From NCBI GenBank assembly GCA_017441845.1, contig JAFRVB010000009.1, forward strand, positions 38,841-102,840: a stretch of 64,000 bases of DNA, written 5' to 3'. The translations under genes were made by a program, and so were the position numbers. Position 1 is the stretch's first letter, and each line of letters begins with the position of its first letter. This document shows positions 1-7,524 of this stretch, piece after piece. This stretch comes from Bacilli bacterium (GTDB lineage Bacteria; Bacillota_I; Bacilli_A; RF39; UBA660). Below the pieces are notes generated by a model. That model saw only the letters and a program-made list of their open reading frames with translations, was not told the DNA's origin and ran no database searches.

Positions 1-461
1 ACAGATTTACCATTAACAAGTTTTGTTCCACTAGCTCTTTCATCCTGACGAGTATATTCTTCGTTTAAAACTTCATAAACTCTACAACCTTTAAGTTCAA
101 CAGTTGCAGCATTTGGATCATCTGACATAGGATATACATAATATGGATTATATCCTTTACTAGTCGCAGCACTCAGACAATACACAGATGCCAGATTCAA
201 AAAATCAGCTTTTGTATAAGTTGGTTTTGTTCCATCTATATCAAAATAATCAATTCTATCACCAACATTTAAACTATATTTAGCTAACATCTTAATAGTA
301 TTATTTTTATTTTCTATTACATAGAAAGATTCAGTACCACATTTCATCTCACTACCAATAGATTTACCACTACTATTAACAATCTTACAATAATCTTTAG
401 CATTTACCATAAAAGGAATAATTAATAAACAAAGTATATTTATAAGAAAAATTTTTTTCAC
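1..461 (-). CDS. Secreted/surface protein, partial (runs off window start)
   Basis: Not in ORF track; translated by hand. GTG at 461 with AGGA-type RBS gives MKKIFLINILCLLIIPFMVNAKDYCKIVNSSGKSIGSEMKCGTESFYVIENKNNTIKMLAKYSLNVG..., open to position 1, with a signal-peptide-like N-terminus. Confidence 0.75.
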   Translation of the reverse strand, partial: MKKIFLINILCLLIIPFMVNAKDYCKIVNSSGKSIGSEMKCGTESFYVIENKNNTIKMLAKYSLNVGDRIDYFDIDGTKPTYTKADFLNLASVYCLSAATSKGYNPYYVYPMSDDPNAATVELKGCRVYEVLNEEYTRQDERASGTKLVNGKS

Positions 462-526
462 TAAATCACGTCCTTATTATTTACTTATATTATATACACA
501 TATAGAAAATAAGTCCACTTTGAAAT

Positions 527-559
527 AAAAAAACATATACTTAATCAGTATATGTTTTT
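527..559 (-). terminator. Intrinsic terminator (bidirectional-type hairpin)
   Basis: AAAACATATAC-ttaatca-GTATATGTTTT at the stop of the 558 ORF. Confidence 0.7.
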
Positions 560-1205
560 AAGATAATACCCATAGGGTTGCCATAATTCCATCTCCATAG
601 CAAGTATACATAATTATATCAGATCTCATATTAAAGAATGAATTACCATTAGTATCTACTAAATCTGGTCCAGTATTAACACCTCTGGCTTTTTTAATTA
701 ATCTGTATCTAATTATAGATCCATCTTTAAATTTAATATATGCAGTAGATTCTTCTCCTAAATTAGTTAAAACACTAAATCCTTGATAGTAATGATCTGC
801 GATAATTAATTTACCTTTATTTATATAATAAGCAGCACTATCTTGATTATTAACTATTGTTTGTAAAGAAGAACTAGAACTTGTATTAACATTATAATCA
901 TATAAAGCTACACTATAACCTCGCACATATAATCTACCAAAAGTACCATATCTAACAGTATTAGTCTTTGGAGCAGGTGTATTCTTAGGAACAGAATTTC
1001 TTACAGTAGAAGTTTTAACAACAGCAGGTTTTTCTCTTTGTACTTGTTTTTCTTTTTGCACTTGCTTTGGTTTTTTAATTTCTTCTTTTATAGTATTAAT
1101 ACCATTATTATCAGCTGTTTTAGCATTAGTGTTAATTCTAAACATAGCAAAAACAGATAATACTACAACAAACGTACATAATAATATCTTTAAACATTTT
1201 TTCAT
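558..1205 (-). CDS. Secreted/anchored protein with sortase-like C-terminal domain
   Basis: Likely start MKKCLK (ATG 1205, GGGG RBS). N-terminal hydrophobic segment, K/P/T-rich linker, then IIADH...MYTC resembling the sortase His and Cys motifs. Confidence 0.5.
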   Translation of the reverse strand: MKKCLKILLCTFVVVLSVFAMFRINTNAKTADNNGINTIKEEIKKPKQVQKEKQVQREKPAVVKTSTVRNSVPKNTPAPKTNTVRYGTFGRLYVRGYSVALYDYNVNTSSSSSLQTIVNNQDSAAYYINKGKLIIADHYYQGFSVLTNLGEESTAYIKFKDGSIIRYRLIKKARGVNTGPDLVDTNGNSFFNMRSDIIMYTCYGDGIMATLWVLS

Positions 1206-1295
1206 AAAACCCAACCCCTTAAAACGCTGTATATTATACCACAAAAAGCCAAAAAAGTCAAAGTATATAAGCATATAGAGTGAGTTTTTTAACAC

Positions 1296-1319
1296 AAAAA
1301 AACTAGTCAACGACTAGTC
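1296..1319 (-). terminator. Terminator of tRNA-Gly transcript
   Basis: Minus strand ACTAGTC-gtt-GACTAGT followed by a T-run. Confidence 0.75.
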
Positions 1320-1328
1320 AAATTCAAA

Positions 1329-1402
1329 TGGAGCGGATGAGGAGAATCGAACTCCCGTAGTCAGCTTGGAAGGCTGAGGTTCTACCATTAAACTACATCC
1401 GC
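1329..1402 (-). tRNA. tRNA-Gly (anticodon TCC), CCA encoded
   Basis: Reverse complement GCGGATGTAGTTTAATGGTAGAACCTCAGCCTTCCAAGCTGACTACGGGAGTTCGATTCTCCTCATCCGCTCCA; cloverleaf with TTCGA T-loop, 74 nt. Confidence 0.97.
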
Positions 1403-1461
1403 AATTAATTAATCAACCTCAGCCTTACGGCCAAGTTGACTAAATCAAGTAGACAAGTAAG

Positions 1462-1489
1462 ATTATATCATAAATAGGGTAAAAGTCAA
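1462..1489 (-). promoter_or_regulatory. SigmaA promoter for tRNA-Gly
   Basis: Minus strand TTGACT-16 nt-TATAAT with extended TG. Confidence 0.75.
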
Positions 1490-1565
1490 GATAAAATCAT
1501 TTGAAAAGACTATTTACAACTTTACGTAAAATGTAAACATTTTAGACAAATGACTTTGAAAACTA

Positions 1566-1594
1566 TTTACAAAAGAAAACCCTTGTGATATAAA
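1566..1594 (+). promoter_or_regulatory. SigmaA promoter for the large ncRNA candidate
   Basis: TTTACA-17 nt-TATAAA with extended TG (1586-1587). Confidence 0.65.
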
Positions 1595-1599
1595 TTAAG

Positions 1600-2165
1600 T
1601 ACAGTAGTAATACATTATTGTAATCATTTATTACAATAAAACAGTTTTCTGTAATTTGTATAACTACTCTGATACAGATATTTAAATCGTATTACATATA
1701 AGTAATTACGAACTGTATCAATTCTAATATGCTTTTCATATTATTTTATATAATAAGTTAAGCATATTAACTTTGGTACGCTAAGTTTTAGTAATTATTT
1801 CGTAATACATTGTGATTTAGATTGATGTGTTGGGGTATTGAATTACTTTAACTATTTTATGTAATATATATATGATTTATGTTAGCTACTGAAGTTTTAT
1901 TTCAATTTCGTTTAGGGCGTTTGGTGAGGCTTATGCATTACTATTTGGAATAAGACGATCTGGATAGATTTCTATCTGAAGAAGCTTATAGTAAAAGGAA
2001 GCTAATTTTACTGTAATGATGTTAATGAGTTGATTGTTGATTTGTTGTTAACACTGATTCAATCGGTTTGCTCTCATCTTTGCTTCGTTAAACTGGTTTG
2101 GGGAGATTTCCTTTCTTATAAGTGTTCGCGCAAAGCATTTATTTGAGAGGTCTTCTCTCTTTTTA
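1600..2165 (+). ncRNA. Large (~565 nt) highly structured non-coding RNA candidate, family unassigned
   Basis: No ORF >=60 aa. Promoter upstream, terminator downstream. Many nested helices (1615-24/1630-39, 1670-77/1713-20, 1726-34/1760-68, 1790-96/1841-47, 1604-15/1933-44, 2078-83/2130-35) and UUCG/UACG loops. Confidence 0.6.
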
Positions 2166-2169
2166 TTTT
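2145..2169 (+). terminator. Intrinsic terminator ending the ncRNA candidate
   Basis: GAGAG-gtctt-CTCTC followed by TTTTTATTTT. Confidence 0.65.
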
Positions 2170-2195
2170 ACAAAAAAATACTTTTATAATATAAT
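2167..2195 (+). promoter_or_regulatory. SigmaA promoter for HAD-typA
   Basis: TTTACA-17 nt-TATAAT. Confidence 0.65.
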
Positions 2196-2218
2196 ACTTC
2201 TGGAATTGGGGTGATATT

Positions 2219-2905
2219 ATGCGTATTATCGCAAGTGATTTTGATGAGACACTTTTAGTAAAAGATCATGATATTTTTGAAAAAAATGTTAAAGCAATCG
2301 ATCATTTCATCAGTAAAGGAAATATCTTTGTAATTATTACTGGAAGATTATATACAGATATAAAATTATTATTAAATAAACATAATATTCATTATTCATT
2401 TCTAATATGTCAAGATGGAGCTAAAATACTAAATGAATTTGATTATTCTATAAAAGATCATCTATTACCTAAAGAAAAGATAGATGAAGTAATAAAGATA
2501 TTTGATAAACATAAATTAGATTATTATTTAGATGATGGTTATAATATTACTACTAATAAGAATGATTGTATAAAAATAAATTCTAAGATTAGAGATAGAG
2601 AAGAAGCTAAAGAAGTTTTAAAAGAAATAAAAGATAATGTAGATGTTTATGCATACCTTTCTAGATCATATATAAATATTATTGATTCTAATACATCTAA
2701 ATCTATTGCGTTAGAATATCTTATGTATCATGAAGATTTTAATAAAGAAGATATATATGTAATAGGTGATGATGTTAATGATTATGAGATGTTGAGTGAG
2801 TTTAATGGAGGAGTAATGACTAAACATAATAAGAAATTAGATTCACTAAATAAAAAAGAATTTGATACTTTATATGAATTCATTGAATATGTAGAAAATA
2901 ATTAA
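2219..2905 (+). CDS. Cof-type HAD-IIB family hydrolase
   Basis: DFDETL motif I, ITGR motif II, SK and GDDVND motifs III/IV. Confidence 0.85.
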   Translation: MRIIASDFDETLLVKDHDIFEKNVKAIDHFISKGNIFVIITGRLYTDIKLLLNKHNIHYSFLICQDGAKILNEFDYSIKDHLLPKEKIDEVIKIFDKHKLDYYLDDGYNITTNKNDCIKINSKIRDREEAKEVLKEIKDNVDVYAYLSRSYINIIDSNTSKSIALEYLMYHEDFNKEDIYVIGDDVNDYEMLSEFNGGVMTKHNKKLDSLNKKEFDTLYEFIEYVENN

Positions 2906-2962
2906 CTTTTATTTTCTTTTTTTATGTGTTATAATTGATTGGTTCAAAAAGAGGTGTACTAT

Positions 2963-4789
2963 ATGGAAAAACGAAATGTCGCAATAATTGCTCATGTAGA
3001 TCATGGTAAAACTAAAATAGTAGATGGTATATTAAAAAGTTCTGGAATGTTTAGAGATAATGAAGATGTTTCTAACTTATCAATGGATTCTAATGCCATT
3101 GAAAAGGAACGTGGAATAACTATTTTAGCTAAAACTACGGCAATTGATTATAAAGGAACTAGAATTAATATTTTAGATACTCCAGGTCATGCTGATTTTG
3201 GTGGAGAAGTTGAAAGAATTATGAATATGGTTGATGGTGTTATTTTAGTAGTAGATGCTTATGAAGGAGCTATGCCACAAACTAGATTTGTTCTTAAAAA
3301 AGCTTTTGAAGCTAAAGTAAAACCTATAGTAGTTATTAATAAGATTGATAAATCATCAGCTAGACCTACAGAAGTATTAGATGAAATATTAGATTTGTTT
3401 ATCGAACTAGGTGCAGAAGATGATCAATTAGATTTTAAGACTATTTATACATCTGCCTTAAATAGAACAAGTTCATATGAATCAGATATTGATTCTCAAG
3501 AAGAAGGATTAACTAAAATATTAGATACAATCATAGAAGAGATACCAGCTCCAACAGGAGATTTAACTAAACCTCTTCAATTTCAACCAGCATTATTAGA
3601 CTATAATGAATTTGTAGGTAGAATTGGTATAGGTAGAGTTACTAATGGTAAGATTAAGACTGGTGAGATGGTTACTTGTGCTAGATTGGATGGCTCAACG
3701 AAACAATTTAGAATTCAAAAACTATTTGGTTTTTATGGATATAATCGTATTGAAATAGAAGAAGCTGAAGCAGGAGATATTGTTGCTATCGCAGGTCTTT
3801 CTGATATTTCAGTAGGAGAGACAATTTGTAATAACAATAATATTCTTCCATTACCTAAATTACATATTGATGAACCAACTCTTCAAATGACTTTTGGATC
3901 TAATTCATCTCCTTTAGTAGGTAAAGATGGAAAGATAGTAACATCAAGAAAAATAGGAGAAAGATTAGATCGTGAAACTCAAAGAGATGTAAGTTTAAAA
4001 GTAGAACAAATATCTAATGAATCATATATGGTATCTGGACGTGGAGAATTACATTTAAGTATTTTAATTGAAAATATGAGAAGAGAAGGTTTTGAAATAG
4101 AAGTATCTAAACCTCAAGTAATTATTAAAGAAGAAAATGGAGTAAAACTAGAACCATATGAAGAATTACAAATAGAAATACCACAAGATGCGATGGGTAC
4201 AGTTATAGAACAATTAGGTGTACGTGGAGCTAAAATGGAAAGTATGCATAATTTTGAAGATCAAGTAAGATTAGTTTATACGATTCCATCTCGTGGCTTA
4301 ATTGGATTCTCAACTGATTTTATGACTTTAACTAAAGGTTATGGTATTATGAATCATACTTTTAAAGAATATATGCCTATGGAAAGCGTTAATATTGGAG
4401 AAAGAAAACTAGGAGTATTAGTTTCAGTTGAAAATGGTAATGCGACTGCTTACTCTATTGGTAATTTAGAAGATAGAGGAGTAATGTTCATCGAGCCTGG
4501 AACTGAAGTATATGAAGGTATGATAGTAGGAGAATGTAATAGAGATGATGATTTAGCTGTTAATGTAGTAAAAGGTAAACAATTAACTAATACTAGAGCT
4601 GCTGGATCAGATCACACAGTAGTATTAAAAAGACCTAGACCTATTACTTTAGAGTATGCTCTAGATTATATCAATTCAGATGAATTAGTAGAAGTAACTC
4701 CAAATAATATAAGATTACGTAAAAAAATACTAAACACTGAAGAAAGAAAAAAATTTGATTCAAGAAAAAAAGAAAATAAAAGCAACTAA
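2963..4789 (+). CDS. typA: Translational GTPase TypA/BipA
   Basis: AHVDHGKT, ERGITILAK, DTPGHADF, NKID; C-terminal EVTP..IRLRK; start moved to MEKRN after GAGGTG. Confidence 0.96.
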   Translation: MEKRNVAIIAHVDHGKTKIVDGILKSSGMFRDNEDVSNLSMDSNAIEKERGITILAKTTAIDYKGTRINILDTPGHADFGGEVERIMNMVDGVILVVDAYEGAMPQTRFVLKKAFEAKVKPIVVINKIDKSSARPTEVLDEILDLFIELGAEDDQLDFKTIYTSALNRTSSYESDIDSQEEGLTKILDTIIEEIPAPTGDLTKPLQFQPALLDYNEFVGRIGIGRVTNGKIKTGEMVTCARLDGSTKQFRIQKLFGFYGYNRIEIEEAEAGDIVAIAGLSDISVGETICNNNNILPLPKLHIDEPTLQMTFGSNSSPLVGKDGKIVTSRKIGERLDRETQRDVSLKVEQISNESYMVSGRGELHLSILIENMRREGFEIEVSKPQVIIKEENGVKLEPYEELQIEIPQDAMGTVIEQLGVRGAKMESMHNFEDQVRLVYTIPSRGLIGFSTDFMTLTKGYGIMNHTFKEYMPMESVNIGERKLGVLVSVENGNATAYSIGNLEDRGVMFIEPGTEVYEGMIVGECNRDDDLAVNVVKGKQLTNTRAAGSDHTVVLKRPRPITLEYALDYINSDELVEVTPNNIRLRKKILNTEERKKFDSRKKENKSN

Positions 4790-4809
4790 TAAACAAATTA
4801 GTTGTTTTT
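4782..4809 (+). terminator. Terminator after typA
   Basis: GCAACTAAT-aaacaa-ATTAGTTGT-TTTT. Confidence 0.7.
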
Positions 4810-4865
4810 GCTTGATAATTATTTAAAAAATTTATATAATGAATATGTAAGGTAAGGTGATAGAA

Positions 4866-5573
4866 ATGGATCCTAATATGAATCAAAATAATCAAATGGG
4901 TGTAGAACCACAAATGATGAATCCACAAGAACAAGTTCAAGCTCAAGTTTTAAATTATAATGATGTTAATACTACTGTTCAAGAAGAAAAACAATCTTCT
5001 TCTTTAAAGAAAGTAGCAATTTTCTTTGTGTTTATCGCAGTTATATTAATAGGTGGAGGAGTATATTATAAAGTTCTTGGTCCAGAAGAAGAACCAGCAC
5101 CAACAGCACCAAGTACTACAAAAGCAGCTTCACCAACAAATGGTACTTCTACATGTACATTAGCAGATGAACAAGGAAGTAACAATCTAATAAGAAAAAC
5201 TATATATACTATGAATTTTGATGAAAGTTTATTGTTAATTAGTTATACAAAAGACTATACAGCTACAACAATACCAGATGATGTTCAAAGTGATTCTACG
5301 TTCTTAGATGAACAAACTAATCTTAGAGTACTTGCTAAAGCTGTAACAACAAAACCAATAAATGGATATTCACTAACTTTAACAGAACCAGCAACAACAG
5401 ATTCACCAAAGACATTAAATGCTAAAGTTATAATTGATTTTGCAGTATTAAATACTAATGATTTAACAAAAGAATTAATAGAAAATACTGTAACAAATGT
5501 TGATCTTAAAAAAGGAGATTCTAAAGACGCTGTTGAAACAGCTTTAAGATCATATGGATATATTTGTCAATAA
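4866..5573 (+). CDS. Single-pass membrane protein with extracellular Cys-pair domain
   Basis: Q/N-rich N-terminus, one TM (VAIFFVFIAVILIGGG), P/T linker, C-terminal domain bounded by CTL...YICQ. Confidence 0.7.
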   Translation: MDPNMNQNNQMGVEPQMMNPQEQVQAQVLNYNDVNTTVQEEKQSSSLKKVAIFFVFIAVILIGGGVYYKVLGPEEEPAPTAPSTTKAASPTNGTSTCTLADEQGSNNLIRKTIYTMNFDESLLLISYTKDYTATTIPDDVQSDSTFLDEQTNLRVLAKAVTTKPINGYSLTLTEPATTDSPKTLNAKVIIDFAVLNTNDLTKELIENTVTNVDLKKGDSKDAVETALRSYGYICQ

Positions 5574-5603
5574 AAAAACTGCATAATTATGCAGCTTTTT
5601 TTT
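5572..5603. terminator. Bidirectional terminator between convergent genes
   Basis: A-run CTGCAT-aatt-ATGCAG T-run. Confidence 0.7.
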
Positions 5604-5766
5604 CTTTATTTAATGTTCTAATTTCTTTAACTGAAAGTCTTACTTTCTTTCCATTTTCTAATGTAGTAGTTTGAAGATTTACTTTTTGTCTCTTCTTTGT
5701 AGCATTCAAAGCGTGACTTCTAATATTCTTAACATTTCCATTTCTTTTTGATACATTTACAGCCAT
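5587..5766 (-). CDS. rpmB: 50S ribosomal protein L28 (zinc-motif-free form)
   Basis: GNVKNIRSHALNATKKRQKVNLQ...KVRLSVKEIRTL; AGGAGG RBS upstream of MAVN. Confidence 0.92.
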   Translation of the reverse strand: MAVNVSKRNGNVKNIRSHALNATKKRQKVNLQTTTLENGKKVRLSVKEIRTLNKEKKAA

Positions 5767-5874
5767 GTTCAAACCTCCTTCATGTCTCGCTTAATAACTT
5801 TATCATAAAAAGCCTTTAAAGTCAAACAAATAAGGCTATTTTTATTGTATAATATAAATGAAAGGAGTGATTTG

Positions 5875-7494
5875 ATGATTATTAATGATTTATCATTATA
5901 CTTTGGAACTCAAACTATCTTTGAAGATATAAACATAAATATACCCAATAATGAAAAAATAGGTATCATCGGAGTAAATGGTTCAGGTAAAACAACACTT
6001 TTTAGATTATTAATGAAACAAATTACTCCAGATAAAGGCAAAATAACAATAACTAATAATAAAAGAATAGATTGGTTACCTCAAGTAATAGATGAAGAAC
6101 TAATAGATAGTAACGAATTAGTATTAGATTTTCTATTAGAAGCAAGACCTATAGAAAAATTAAATAAAAAGTTAGAAGAGTTATATAACTCTTTATCAGA
6201 TTTAAATATTGATCAAAATAAAGTATTTAAAGAAATTGATAAAGTAAATAACAAATTATCATATTGGGAAGCTGAAAAAGCAGAAGGCATATTATTAAAA
6301 TTATGTCATGGACTAGATATAGAAAAACTTCTAGATAAAAGAGTAAAAGATTTATCAGGAGGAGAAAAGTCAAAATTATTATTCGCAAGAGTACTTTATT
6401 CTAATCCAGAAATACTTCTTTTAGATGAACCAACTAATCACTTAGATCCATCTTCTAAAGAGTATATTACTAATTACTTAAAATCATATAAAGGAACAGT
6501 ATTAATAATATCTCATGATATAGATTTTCTAAATAAGATAATAACTAAAACTATATTTGTAGATAAAATAAGTAAAAACTTATATTTATATGATGGTAAT
6601 TATGATAAATTTATTAAGTTAAAGAATGAACATTTAGAATCTTTAAAAAATGAATATAATAAACAAGTTAAAGAAGAAAAGAAATTAAGAAGTATAGTTG
6701 AAAAATATTCTCATTCATCTGGTAAACGTAAAAAAATGGCTCAAGATAGAGAAAAGAAATTAAACAAGTTACTTGAAAATAAAATAGAATTACCAGAAGA
6801 AAACAAAAAAGTAAAACTATCTATGGAAATAGAAAAAGAATCAACCAAACATCCATTATATGTAAAAGACTTATGGTTTAGATATGATAAAAATAATAGG
6901 TATTTATTAAGAAAACTATCTTTTGATATATCTCGTGGAGAAAAATTTTTAATAGTAGGAGAAAATGGTATAGGTAAATCTACATTATTAAAGTTAATTA
7001 TGGGTAAACTAACTCCTGATCAAGGAGAAATAGTATTAACAGAAAAAACAGATATAGCTTATTATGCTCAAGAATTAGAACTTTTAGATGATGAAAAAAC
7101 TGTATTAGAAAATTTATCAGATAATAATTATTCAGAAAAAGAATTAAGAAATATTCTGGGCAGATTTTTATTTAAAGGAGACGATGTCTTTAAAAAAGTA
7201 AAAGTATTATCTCCAGGAGAAAAAGCCCGTGTCTCTTTAGCTAAAATATCTTTAGAAAAAGCTAATTTATTACTATTAGATGAGCCTACTAACCATCTAG
7301 ATCCAGATACTCAAAAAATAATAGGAGAGTTTTTTAAAACTTATAAAGGTACTATGATAGTAGTATCCCATAACCCAGAATTTGTAGACTATTTAGGTAT
7401 TTCAAGAATATTAACTTTACCTGAAGGAACAATAGATTTATATGACAGAAGAAAAATAGAATATTTTTATAAATTAAATACAAAGGAAAAATAA
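5875..7494 (+). CDS. ABC-F family ATP-binding protein
   Basis: Two ABC domains (GVNGSGKT/LSGGE/LLLDEPTNHLD; GENGIGKS/LSPGE/LLLDEPTNHLD), interdomain linker, no TM. Confidence 0.92.
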   Translation: MIINDLSLYFGTQTIFEDININIPNNEKIGIIGVNGSGKTTLFRLLMKQITPDKGKITITNNKRIDWLPQVIDEELIDSNELVLDFLLEARPIEKLNKKLEELYNSLSDLNIDQNKVFKEIDKVNNKLSYWEAEKAEGILLKLCHGLDIEKLLDKRVKDLSGGEKSKLLFARVLYSNPEILLLDEPTNHLDPSSKEYITNYLKSYKGTVLIISHDIDFLNKIITKTIFVDKISKNLYLYDGNYDKFIKLKNEHLESLKNEYNKQVKEEKKLRSIVEKYSHSSGKRKKMAQDREKKLNKLLENKIELPEENKKVKLSMEIEKESTKHPLYVKDLWFRYDKNNRYLLRKLSFDISRGEKFLIVGENGIGKSTLLKLIMGKLTPDQGEIVLTEKTDIAYYAQELELLDDEKTVLENLSDNNYSEKELRNILGRFLFKGDDVFKKVKVLSPGEKARVSLAKISLEKANLLLLDEPTNHLDPDTQKIIGEFFKTYKGTMIVVSHNPEFVDYLGISRILTLPEGTIDLYDRRKIEYFYKLNTKEK

Positions 7495-7524
7495 TATGTT
7501 AATATAATTATTAGGAGGGCATAT

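Noticed and set aside
1600-2165. T-box riboswitch, RNase P, tmRNA or SRP identity for the large RNA
   Set aside because: No T-box GGTGGTACC antiterminator, no RNase P GAGGAAAGTCC core, no tmRNA GGGG...CCACCA ends and no SRP loop on either strand by eye; downstream gene has its own promoter
4671-4946. Antisense ORFs in the track (4671, 8859, 12980, 15139, 17375, 20182, 27020, 30391, 32778, 33813, 34886, 38146, 40525, 42177, 43327, 44615, 45610, 48412, 50982, 51819)
   Set aside because: All lie opposite well-supported genes, lack RBS or motifs, and read as shadow frames of AT-rich coding DNA
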